Below, one piece after another: positions 11,185-23,320 of a stretch of 64,000 bases of DNA. The DNA is from Octopus vulgaris. Taxonomy: Eukaryota. Below the pieces are notes generated by a model. That model did no database searches, was not told the origin of the DNA, and worked only from the letters and a program-made list of their open reading frames with translations. Both the position numbers and the translations under genes were made by a program. Location: contig OX597831.1 of NCBI GenBank assembly GCA_951406725.2, positions 70,246,001-70,310,000 of the forward strand, given 5' to 3'. Numbering within the stretch: the stretch's first letter is position 1; each line of letters starts with the position of its first letter.

Positions 11185-13708
11185 CTTATTTTTATCACTG
11201 CACTACCGAGCAAAGATTTGCATACCTTGGCTATGTGCTACAGTTTGTTTTGATATTATTTTCATTGTACTGAAAGTGTTTTACATAAGATGTGTGTGGT
11301 GCATAGTTGTGCTATTTTTTATATGTTATAATGGCCAATTTCAGAAACATAATTTTATTCTGGAAAAATTAACGATAGAAATGTTTTGATTAGTCAAAAT
11401 ATGAGCTGTGAACATCTATGTATCTCTGCCATCGATCAACGAGATTATTTATGCCTCATTGATAAAAATTTATTCGCTTTGATGCTAAGAAATCTTTGAA
11501 AGCTGATTTCACCTCTGGTTTGGACATGAAAGTTTTATCACTTAAAAACGCGTTTAAAAAAATGGTAGTCAGTGCGTGAAAGATGAGGAGAATATGGAGG
11601 ATGTGGTAAAGTCTCATATCTCAAGTCTGTGAGTTTCTGCAGCATTATTCTTGCAACATGTGACTTTGCATTATTGTGGAGCAGAATTGGGCCATGCCAA
11701 TTCCCCAATGCAGGTCTCATTTTTTTGCAAGTGAGCATCCATTTCAGTGAGTTGATTGCAGTAAACATCTGCTGTAATACTCTGATTGGCATCCAGAAAG
11801 CTGTAATGGACAACACCAATTGCAGACCACCAGACAGTCACCATAATCTGTTGCTGATGCAACTTTGGCTTTGGGAAATGTTTTGGAACTCATTACAATC
11901 AAGCCATTGACCTGATCACTTACGGTTATCATAAAGGATCCACTTTTCGTCATAAGTGACTATTCCGTCAAGAAAAGGATCATTGGTGCTTCACAGAAAG
12001 AGCATCAAGCACACTTCAAAACGCCAAACTTTTTGATTTTCATTGAGCTCATGTGGTATTCATTTATTGAGCTTTTTCACCTGTACCAATCTTCTGCAGA
12101 TTCTATTAGACCGTTGCAATACCGACACCAAGTGCTTGAGACATTTCTCTGATACTTTGATGTGGGTTTTGTTCAACAATTGCTTTCAACTGTTCATTGT
12201 CAAGACCGCATGACCATCCTCTACCTTCTTTATCTTCAAGGCTCTCATCACCACTACGGAATTTCTGAAACCACCTTCGTACTGTGTGGTCACTTGTGGA
12301 CCCCTCTCCCCATACTCTGTTGATATTGGCAGCAGTTTGGGAGGCATTGTGCCCAAGCTTGAACTGTTGCAAGAAAAGTAAGTGAAGGTCCTTTTTTTTA
12401 TCATAATTAAGGGTGCCTATACTCCAAGAATGTTTTCGGTCTGAAATAAGTAGAAAATAATTAAAAAGCATACATCTGTTATTAAGTATGTCGAAATTCA
12501 CCTAAAATATAATTAAAATACTACGATAAAATTACATTTTAAAATACAACACTTAGAGCAGCCATTATTTTCGGAACAACCTAATATATATAATTGTAAT
12601 TCCTGGTGTTTTGGTTATGTACCTGTCTGTATAATTTTTAATCATACCTAATGCATCTTTTATTATTGAAACTGTTTCTGTTTTTAGACTCCACATTCAA
12701 ATTCTCTCTATTTCCTGATATTTTTCTTTTTCAGAGTTTCTCTGTTTCTTTTAGAGATACATTGTCATCTGTTGGGATTGATACATCGATTAGAAGGCAT
12801 TTTTTTCTTGATGATCTCTGACAACTATATCTGGTCTTTTAGCCTTGATTTCTCTATCTGCATGTATTGGTATATCCCAGAGTATTGTTGCTTTGTCATT
12901 TTCTGAGACCTTTACTGGGATATTACTATACCATCTTTTTTTCTGTTGTCATTCCATAACGTTGGCATAGCTTCCAGTGTATATAGGTCACAGCTCTGTC
13001 ATGCCAGTGGATATACTCCTTCTTAGCCAGAAACAATAGGATTTATTGTTTCTTCCCCATTACCATATATTCTCCAGTTACTTGTTGGTTTTTCCTTCAT
13101 TATGTGTTTCTGGTGGTTTCTTGTGGGAGAGATTTTGATCTTGGGCTGCAATTAAAAATTCTTCAGTCTCTGCTTTGAGAACTGAGTTTCTCAACCGTTG
13201 TTGGGATTTTACTTTGTCTATTTATTTTCTGTTTAGCTTATCCCAGTTTTTGCCAGGAAAAGGTTTTTCTTGCCATCATTTAATCATGGTACTTTGTTGT
13301 TCCAGTTTTAGTTTAGATTTCAGTTGCTTTACAACTTTTATTGTTTACTCTTTTTCCTTATAGTTGTCAGGTACTATGACCACTTGACCACTTTCTTGTA
13401 TTTTTTGGTTTTCTTAAAGACAGAAAACAGTTGTTCTGTTTTCTACATGTTTTGTGGTTATTTGTACCAATTTCCCTCAGTTCTGAATTAGATATTTCTG
13501 TAATCTTATGTTGAATATATTATGGTAATTTTCTAGTTGTTTAAGGTCTCTACCATTGTATGTATATAACCTTTTTATGCCACATTCTGGGTGATGTGTT
13601 CTAAATGCTGTCATTATTTTTCTTGTTTTCTTGTCTAATTTGTATAGTTCATTTAGTGTCCAATTAAGAGTATTGTAACTATAACTTACTACTCCGACAG
13701 CTAGAGTA
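11185..13708 (-). mobile_element. Degraded R4/Dong-like non-LTR retrotransposon interrupted by a mariner
   Basis: NTLAVGVVSYSY..NWT..EL..LDKKTRKIM...HHP; the C-terminal ..THIL.KTLS* resumes at 11185-11328 beyond the mariner. Confidence 0.8.
11329..12584 (-). mobile_element. mariner transposon, full length but pseudogenised
   Basis: HTH (TVRRWFQKFRSGDESLED), WVPHEL-like motif, HNNAKSH, HPPYSPHLS.TDYHFF; right TIR ttattttcggaacaacctaa|TA. Confidence 0.9.
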
Positions 13709-13728
13709 TTATTGTTATTATTATTATT

Positions 13729-14285
13729 GAGTGAGAGAGCAGTGCATGCCATCAAAGTGACACTGGAGTAAAATATATGAAGCCCAGTTTACCCATCATG
13801 ACTACCCGTCTGAAAAGGGTACACTGGGCACATGCATCACAACTATATGTGTGCAACATGGTGATCTCATATCAAGATAAACAGCACATGACCTTGCAGG
13901 TGGGGCCCAGTTAGAATTTTCTTCTGGTTGAGTAACCCATCCTGCTCAAAAGGTCCCTGAATAAGGGTTGTTTAAGGATATTGAATGAAACACCCATGTT
14001 TCCAGAGGTGAATTATTCAAACCCCAAAGAATCCCTCTCAACACATGGCTTTGATGCTCCCCCACTACTTCTGCTCATGATCAGAGATGCACATATCGTC
14101 AGCCACCAAGGGACATGCTCAACTGGTTAAGGTCAAACAACTGACAAGCAAATCTGTGGTATTGAGCAGAATATTTACTGTAGCCCATCTTTTATACCAA
14201 GACAAAACAATGTACATGATAACACTTCCAATCAGTTAAGATCAGAAGCCACGAGAGCCACTGCCTGGTACTGCATCAGAGCATT
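13729..14285 (-). mobile_element. ~555-bp (TAA)n-associated non-coding element, copy 1
   Basis: gagtgagagagcagtgcatgcc...gccactgcctggtactgcatcagagcat on +, flanked by (TTA)n; strand inferred from truncation polarity. Confidence 0.85.
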
Positions 14286-14324
14286 TATTATTATTATTAC
14301 TATTATTATTATAATTATTATTAT

Positions 14325-14355
<31 letters not shown>

Positions 14356-14356
14356 T

Positions 14357-14394
<38 letters not shown>

Positions 14395-14632
14395 GGTGGT
14401 GGTGACGAGCTGGCAGAATCATTAGCATGCTGGGCAAAATGCTTAGCAGCATTTCATTGCATTCAGAGTTCAAATTTTGCTGAGGCTGACTTTGCTTTTC
14501 ATTTTTTGGTGGGTTGATAAATTAAGTGCCTATTGGACGCAGAGAATGATGTAATTGACAAGCACCCTCCCCCAAAATTCCTGGCCTTGTGCCAAAATTT
14601 GTAACCATTATTATTATTATCATTATTATTTA

Positions 14633-14982
14633 TGGGTTTTTCTTCTTCTTTCAAATTCGCTTCCATTTCTTTCCAAGTGTCTTCCCGACTCCTAGGGCAA
14701 AGAAACTCATAGTATACATTGGTAGGCCATTAAACTAAACTTAATAGTTCGTTCATTTAAAAAAATTTTTTTTTTACAGTTAAATTAAAATACATGTGTA
14801 GTAATAGTTCTCACATCGACAATGCTCTTCTCAATACGTGTGATGTACCAGTTAAGACAATCTTTTGCACACCTTGCAGGGATGGTAAGCCAGGGATCAT
14901 TCTCATATAATTTTCGGTTCCCTTCTTGATCATTCCTAGTGCTCCTACAATCACTGGTATTGTAACCGCCTTGAGATGCCAC

Positions 14983-14984
<2 letters not shown>
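14633..14984 (-). mobile_element. 5'-truncated 3' end of Dong/R4 LINE
   Basis: Near-identical to 34736-35072; flanked by (TTA)n on both sides. Confidence 0.9.
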
Positions 14985-15034
<50 letters not shown>

Positions 15035-15232
15035 TACGTGCGGGTGGCACGTAAAAAGCACCCACTACACTCACGGAGTGGTTGGCGTTAGGAAGGGCAT
15101 CCAGCCGTAGAAACACTGCCAGATTTGACTGGGCCTGATGAAGCCTTCTGGCTTCACAGACCCCAGCAGAACCGTCCAACCCATGCTAGCATGGAAAACG
15201 GACGCTAAATGATGATGATGATGATGATGATG
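15035..15232 (+). mobile_element. RTE-associated SINE-like 3' fragment
   Basis: ggcgttaggaagggcatccagcc...cggacgctaaatgatgatg. Confidence 0.8.
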
Positions 15233-15257
15233 ATTATTATTATTATTATTACTACCA

Positions 15258-15385
15258 CTTGTCTGTCTTTGTTGAGTTCAAAATGAAAAGTGATACATAG
15301 AAATTCAAATTTTTGAATTTGAATTTCTATAATTTTGAATTCTTATGTATCTCTTTTCATTTTGAACTCAACAAAGACAGGCAAG
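15258..15385. repeat. Fold-back inverted repeat (MITE-like), ~42-bp arms
   Basis: cttgtctgtctttgttgagttcaaaatgaaaagtgatacata versus tatgtatctcttttcattttgaactcaacaaagacaggcaag. Confidence 0.8.
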
Positions 15386-15517
15386 CTGTCAAAATAACGT
15401 TCAAACCAATAAAATATCTATTGTAATCACATCGCACTCTTTGTATTGTCTATTTACTTTTATGAAGAGATACAACAATCTTTTTAAAATATCATTATAA
15501 TAGTGATAATAATATTC

Positions 15518-15561
<44 letters not shown>

Positions 15562-15575
15562 CATTATGATTATCA

Positions 15576-15636
<61 letters not shown>

Positions 15637-15646
15637 CATTATCATT

Positions 15647-16258
15647 GAGTAAGAAGCAGTGCATGCCATCAAAGTGACACTGGGGTAAAATATACAAAGC
15701 CCGGTGTACCCATCATGACTACTCATCTGAAAAAGGCACGTGCATCACATCATGGTGATCTCATATCAAGATAAACTGTGCATGACCTTGGAGGTGGATC
15801 CCAGTTAGAATTTTCTTCAGGTTAAGTAGCCCATCCTGCTTAAAAGGTTCCTAAATAAGGGTTGTTTAAGGATGTTGAATGAAACACAGATGTTTCCAGA
15901 GGTGAAGTATCAAAACTCCAAAGAATTCCTTTCAGCACATGGCTATGATGCTCCCCTACTCTTCTGCTCATGATCAGAGATGCACATATCATCAGCCACC
16001 TTGGGACATGCTCAAATGGTTAAGGTCAAATATCTGACAAGCAAATCTGTGGTATTGAGCAGAATATTTGCTGTAGCCCATCTTTTATACCAAGACAAAA
16101 CAATGTACATGATAACACTTCCAATCAGTTAAGATCAGAAGCCACAAGAGCCACTGCCTGGTACTGCATCAGGGTATTTATTATTATTACCATTATTATT
16201 ATCATTATTATTATTATTATTATCATTATTATTATCATTATTATTATTATTATTATTA

Positions 16259-16310
<52 letters not shown>

Positions 16311-16333
16311 CATCATTATTATCATTATTATTA

Positions 16334-16410
<77 letters not shown>

Positions 16411-17427
16411 GAGTGAGAGAGCAGTTCATGCCATCAAAGTGACACTGGGGTAAAATATACGAAGCCCAATATACCCATCATGACTACCCGTCTGATAAGG
16501 GTACACCAGGCACATGCATCACAACAATATGTGCGCGACATGGTGATCTCATATCAAGATAAACAGCACATGACCTTGCAGGTGGGGCCCAGTTAAAATT
16601 TTCTTCAGGTTGAGTAGCCCATCCCGCTCAAAAGGTCTCTGAATAAAGGTTGCTTTAGGATGTTGAAAGAACCACCCATGTTTCCAGAGGTGAATTATTC
16701 AAACCCCAAAGAATCCCTCTCAACACATGGCTATGATGCTCCCCCACTACTTCTGCTCATGATCAGAGATGCACATATCGTCAGCCACTAGGGACATGCT
16801 CAACTGGTTAAGGTCAAACAACTAACAAGCAAATCTGTATTATTATTATCATCATTATTATTATTATTATTGAGTGAGAGAGCAGTGCATGCCATCAAAG
16901 TGACACTGGGGTAAAATATACGAAGCCCAGCATACCCATCATGACTACCCATCTGATAAGGGTACACCAGGCACATGCATCACAACCATATGTGCGCAAC
17001 ATGGTGATCTCATATCAAGATAAACATCACATGACCTTGCAGGTGGGGCCCAGTTAGAATTTTCTTCAAGTCGAGTAACCCATCCTGCTCAAAAGGTCTC
17101 TGAATAAAGGTTGCTTTAGGATGTTGAACGAAACACCTATGTTTCCAGAGGTGAATTATTCAAACTCCAAAGAATCCCTCTCAACACATGGCTATGATGC
17201 TCCCCCACTACTTCTGCTCGTGATCAGAGATGCACATATTGTCAGCCACTAAGGGACATGCTCAACTGGTTAAGGTCAAACAACTGACAAGCAAATCTGT
17301 GGTATTGAGCAGAATATTTGCTGTAGCCCATCTTTTATACCAAGACAAAACAATGTACATGATGACACTTCCAATCAGTTAAGATCAGAAGCCATGAGAG
17401 CCACTGCCTGGTACTGCATCAGGGCAT
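15647..17427 (-). mobile_element. Three tandem copies of the ~555-bp (TAA)n-associated element (15647-16177, 16411-16838 truncated, 16872-17427)
   Basis: Direct alignment to copy 1; copies are separated by (TTA)n tracts. Confidence 0.9.
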
Positions 17428-17508
17428 TTATTATTATTACCATTATTATTATCATTATTATTATTATTATTATCATTATTATTATTATTATTATCATTAT
17501 TATTATTA

Positions 17509-17543
<35 letters not shown>

Positions 17544-17569
17544 TTTATTATCTTAGTGGTCATACTCTA

Positions 17570-18035
17570 CGTTTTCCCTGCACAGCTAATTAGCACAGCT
17601 TTGTGGGAATAGAGTAGAGGAGTTGCCGTAGTTTGGTTTTATATTTTCTATTGTTTTGACAATACATAATGATATATTTTTCAGTGCCTAGTGGTGATAT
17701 TACCAATACATTGTGCATGGAATTAGGATTACAGATTTGCTGACATATATTGTTATTAATAATTCCCAAGGCAACTATTATTATGCAAATCATTTCCCTT
17801 TCCATTCTCTACATTTTTGGTTATCTTTATTTCCAAATTCTATATAAATATATAGAGATATTTTCTCTAGTTCTTCAAGAGATTTGTTATCCTCTTATAT
17901 GACTGATTTATCAATCAGCAAACACTTCATTTTATGTTTGTTTTTATTAACCATAGCTTCGTCAACTTGAATTGATATATCCCAGAGTATGGTCACCTTA
18001 CCATTCTCTGATTCCTGCCTCAATTCTCTGTATAC
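17570..18035 (-). mobile_element. Degraded R4/Dong-like RLE domain fragment
   Basis: ENGKVTILWDISIQVD..KCLLID; IIIVALGII. Confidence 0.7.
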
Positions 18036-18399
18036 ATGTGTATGTACTACCCCCACCCTCTGCCTACCCACAAACCCCGACTCTACCCCCACCCTCTGCC
18101 TACCCACAAACCCCCAACTCTACCCCAACCCTCAGCCGAACCCACACCCCACCCGTACTTTTCCCACTCTCTCCTCCCCCACCTCCCAACAACATCACAC
18201 CACACCACACTACACCATACAACATTACACATCACAGCACAACACACCACCCACACACGTCCAGACCACTCCAGACCTCTTTCACATGCACATACATACT
18301 CTCTTATACACACACGCACCTTCGTGTTGGGGGTCATCTTTACTTTATCCCCCCAACTTTCCCTCTCGTGTGTGACCCTTCTGTCTGAGTCAGTCACCA

Positions 18400-18582
18400 T
18401 GATAGATCATTAGCCACTACACACATTTTTTTCTCTCCTTGTTTTTTCTGTGTTCCTTTCTGTAGAAGAGCGTAGGCTCGAAACATAAAGAACTTTTTCT
18501 ATTCCTGAGCGTTATACTAATACATCTGTTTGTTTTGTACACCACCTGTCTTCGTCTTTTATTTGTTTTGTAAACTCTCCCT
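18400..18582 (+). mobile_element. Penelope-like pLTR repeat with hammerhead-like motif
   Basis: cttt-CTGTAGA-a-gagc-gtag-gctc-GAAAC-ATA-aag; reverse-complement copy at 63792-63972, relative at 36740-36925. Confidence 0.65.
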
Positions 18583-18784
18583 GTATAGACATATGTACAT
18601 ATGTGTGTGTGTGAGAGAGAGAGGGCATGACTGTGTTGCAGTGTGTGTGCATACGTGTGTGTGTATGTCTGAGTCGCTGTGTGTCAGTGTGTGTATGTTT
18701 ATGCATGTGTGGGTATGTGTGTATATGTACATGTATGTGTGTGTGTATGTCTGTGTCACTGTGCCTCTGTGTGTGTGTGTGTCT

Positions 18785-18960
18785 GGAGACACATGGCTTA
18801 GTGGTTAGAGTGTTGCACTCATAATCATAAGATTGTGGGTTTGATTCCTGGACTAGGTGACACATTGTACTCTTGAGCAAAACACTTTATTTCAAATTGC
18901 TCCATTCCACCCAGCTGGCAAATGTAAGTAATCCTGCAACAGGCCACGTAGGAACATATA
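18785..18960 (+). mobile_element. tRNA-derived SINE (family D)
   Basis: tggcttagtggttagagtg (A box), ggtttgattcc (B box), ttgagcaaaacactttattt; relatives at 22893-23185 and 60500-60750. Confidence 0.7.
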
Positions 18961-19401
18961 TGCAACAGAATTCAGAAAACCAATCTTTTGAACCTAAGAT
19001 CTTGGAAAGATCTTTGATACTTTGTGATATATATATATATATATATGTTATGTAACTCCATGTGTCTTCTTTTAATTATATAAATTATTCTAAAACTGTA
19101 TATTCTTTCAATGAAAACACAGCTGCCATCATTGATACCTGCTACTCACACCTCAAACTGGATACACTGGCCCAGTCTCAGTTCAATTACTTCACTTCCT
19201 CCCCACCCTGGGTTTGCTGCACTGGCCAAGGAAGTAGACAAACGCCTCATCTTTTCACTCACATTTATCTTAATTTTCCTCCTGTCACGTGCCGATTCAC
19301 ATTGTCATTTGACAACCTTCTACTTCTACAAATATCCTCTTAAATGAGACAACATAAACACACAAAACAAAATTCTTTGTTATTCTTTATTATTATTATT
19401 A

Positions 19402-20836
19402 TACTGATCTGCATTTGGGAATCTTTTTAAAATCATTATTCTTGGGTTGCTGATTTTAAATATCTAAACCATTTTGCTCTTTCACATAAGGATGTTGAAT
19501 AAAATACTAATTAATAATAATAAAAAAAATTGTGAATTTTTAATAAATTGTTACTTTATTAAGATGAAGCAAGTAATCAAGGAAAAGCACACTTTGTTAG
19601 TTTTAAGAACACATGTTTTCCAAATCAACATGAAATGAATCACGTTCGTCTGGAAATGAATCAGAATAATCAAGATCAAACCAAATGAATGTAAAAAATA
19701 TGCTTCTAATGGTTAGCCTACATATTGTTTCAAAGGAAGGAGGACTGCTTTGGTTTCAGCTTGTGTTGTGCACTGGGACCATCATGTCTCAATGACCAGC
19801 AGTTATCTGCCATCGTACTGACATTCCATTTGCCCCGGTATCGAGTTTCTATGATGCAAATGTTTGAATGAAATCGCTCTCCCTGTTCCTCACTGTATGT
19901 TCAATAGGGCCAGAAATATTTGAACAAGAAACTAAAGAATCCTCTTTCTCAAAGAACTGAGTGAATCCTGCTTTATAAAGATGGTACCAAGTGAATGTTG
20001 TTCCAGGAGCTAGAAGCTTGTGTTCCTGCAGTGTAGGGCCAAGTAACTGTGCTTCTTTCTTTTGGAAGGTTAAGGTCTCTAACCAAGTCATTGAGTTCAA
20101 CTTGGTTGAAGAATTTGGGATCGTCATTTGTTGGTGGCTCCTAGTTTATTTCCATCTCATCAGTATCCCTAGTATCAGACTCTGATGAAATATCCTGTGT
20201 CTCAGGTGGCACAGGTAGAGGAATATAATCTGAGTGTGGAACAGGTCTTATTGCTGAAGGAATATTTGGGTATATTATGCAATCTTTATTCTTCTTGTTG
20301 AATCCAGCTACTTTGTCATACAAAATCATCATAATGGTTCATCTGCTCCCGCCATACCATTGGTACTCCAAAGGGCATACATTTAAGGTTTCCAAAGGAT
20401 CATATTTGAAGTTTACTGAAGCAAATCTTGCAAATTTTGTGAGGTGGAAATGGCTTGTCCTGGTCTCCCAGTTTGCAGCCAGAATAAGCTAAATAGCAGC
20501 ACTTCAACAAAGGAGTAATATTGCTCCGGGAATATGAAGGGGTTGAATTGCCTGCAGACATTGCAGAATATCTCTGGTGAATTGATGCAGCTTCTAGACA
20601 TATTCACAGACTGAAAATAAAGAAAAATATATTAGATTTAACATTTGAGTCAATATAAGGTAAGCATTTTAATTTATCATTTACTTATGTTATACAAGAA
20701 GCGAAAAGTAACGATTCCATATAACTTGCCAACCTGATGTAATAGAGATGAATAAAAAGTACAATGACTCATTATTTTTCATATATATTCAGAAAAAGAT
20801 AGCATACGGCCAATACAAAAATCATGCAGACCAGTG
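19402..20836 (-). mobile_element. Chapaev3-type (CMC) DNA transposon, internally deleted
   Basis: MSRSCINSPEIFCNVC; YPNIPSAIRPVPHS; SEEQGERFH..IETRYRGKWNVSTMADNCWSL; 13-bp TIRs tactgatctgcat / atgcagaccagtg. Confidence 0.8.
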
Positions 20837-20848
20837 TTGTTGTTGTTG

Positions 20849-20883
<35 letters not shown>

Positions 20884-20884
20884 T

Positions 20885-22160
20885 TATGTTTGACTTTTGC
20901 TTTGTATTTGTACAAGTTGACTCTCAGGTCTCACCCAGAGACTTCAAGAGACAACAAGTTAATAGTTCAAGTTGGTGTTATGCCTAAGGTGTCAGATATT
21001 TGGTTTTGCATATAATATTATTCTACAGAATGTTTAAGAAAACATAAGAAAATTATGAGTTTGTTTTAAAATTTCAGATTACATAGACAGTATTTTATGT
21101 AGGATGTGGGCAATTCTCATGAGCACTATCTTGAATTTCTGCCATTTTAGGTTTTCCTGGTATCTGAGCTAGGTAGGAATCAGCCCTTTTGCTATCATTC
21201 CTAGGGCACCTATGACAAGTATTGTTTTAGTCTTGAGGTTCCACATTTTGCTATTCACTATGTAGAATGTCATCCAGCTCCAAAATCCCTAAATATCTAT
21301 ACCCACTACCATTGGGTTCACCCATGGTCTCTCCTGATGGTAATCGCAATCCTCTGCAGACTGCTTTCTTCCCTCTTTTCGTATTAAGTACTGAGCATTT
21401 GGTAAACCCAAATTCCATACTGATGATCCTACCACACTTCTGGACTGTTTTTCAGGTTTCCCAAACAATTTCAGGTCATCCATAAACAGAAGATGGTTCA
21501 GTGATGGGCCTTTCTTCCCACATCCGTAATCCATCTTGACTTTCCTAAAAGTCATTGTTATGTATATTAATGTAACTACAAAAAGTAATGAAGAAAACGA
21601 GTCACTTTGGGAGATTTCCCTTTAAATATTAACTTCTCCAAGGAATACATTACTTGAATACAATTTGGTTTTCCACTCTTTCATGCTATGCATCAGAGAA
21701 TTTGTGATGTTGTCATCAACACCAAACATCTGCATTCATTCAACAATCCAAGAATGAGGCCTCATATCATATGCCTTCTTAAAGTCAATCCAAGCTATAG
21801 ACATGTTTGTATGATGTTTTTTACGATGCCTCAAAGCTGTTTTATCAATGACCAGGTGATCCTTGGTATCTGAGAACTCTTCTTATATCCTTTTTTTTTT
21901 CCCTTGGTAGTATTTCTTCCTGTGTCAGGAAAGTGTATGTCTTTGCCACACATATTCCAGTGAGTATGTTCCAGATTATGTTTAGACATGCTATGGGACG
22001 GTAGTTTCCCACAATATTTCCCTTTCTTCTATCTTTCATTACAAGTGTTGTCCTCCCAGTCACTATCCACGTGGGGTCTGTACCTTTCTGGACACACTCA
22101 TTCAATTGGGCTGCTAGTTTTTCATGCACTGTGTGGCATCTCTTCTGCTTTTAGTAGAAA
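20885..22160 (-). mobile_element. Degraded, internally deleted R4/Dong-like LINE
   Basis: GRTTLVMKD..GNYRPIACL; LNHLLFMDDLKLF; RLE C-terminus; (TTA)n flanks. Confidence 0.85.
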
Positions 22161-22219
22161 GGATTATAATTATAATTATAATTATCATTATTATTATTAT
22201 TATTGTTATTATTATTATT

Positions 22220-22776
22220 GAGTGAGAGAGCAGTGCATGCCATCAAAGTGACACTGGAGTAAAATATATGAAGCCCAGTTTACCCATCATGACTACCCGT
22301 CTGATAAGGGTACACTAGGCACATGCACCACAACCATATGTGCGCGACATGGTGATCTCATATCAAGATAAACAGCACATGACCTTGCAGGTGGGGCCCA
22401 GTTAGAATTTTCTTCTGGTCAAGTAACCCATTCCGCACAAAAGGTCCCTGAATAAGGGTTGTTTAAGGATGTTGAATGAAACACCCATGTTTCTAGAGGT
22501 GAATCATTCAAACCCCAAAGAACCCTTCTCCACACATGGCTATGATGCTCCCCCACTACTTCTGTTCGTGATCAGAGATGCAAATATCATCAGCCACTAA
22601 GGGACATGCTCAACTGGTTAAGGTCAAACAACTGACAAGCAAATCTGTGGTATTGAGCAGAATATTTGCTGTAGCCCATCTTTTATACCAAGACAAAACA
22701 ATGTACATGATGACACTTCCAATCAGTTAAGATCAGAAGCCACGAGAGCCACTGCCTGGTACTGCATCAGGGCATT
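22220..22776 (-). mobile_element. ~555-bp (TAA)n-associated element, copy 5
   Basis: Alignment to the other copies; (TTA)n flanks. Confidence 0.9.
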
Positions 22777-22799
22777 TATTATTATTACTATTATTATTA

Positions 22800-22891
<92 letters not shown>

Positions 22892-23207
22892 GAAGGTGCA
22901 TAGCCTAGTGGTTAGGGTGTTGCACTCACAATCGCTAGATCGTGATTTCAGTTCCTAGATCAGGTGGTGCATTGTGTTCTTGAGCAAGACAATTTATCTC
23001 ATGTTGCTCTGCAAGCCCTTCAATACCTGATGGATGGTACACTGTGCCTATGTCCAGATAACATTGATTTGATGGAGGGAGTGAGCTAATGTGCAGCACC
23101 AACATTTGATCACTATAAGCAAATCATTTGTACAAGTTTTTCAGCAAAAGCTGGACACTCATACATTGTCTTCAACAGGAGAGTCCATCATTATTATTAT
23201 TATCATC

Positions 23208-23320
<113 letters not shown>

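Noticed and set aside
17380-17427. HDV-like ribozyme at the inferred 5' end of the 555-bp element
   Set aside because: An L3-like ctcgtgg is present in some copies, but no P1/P2 pairing could be built.
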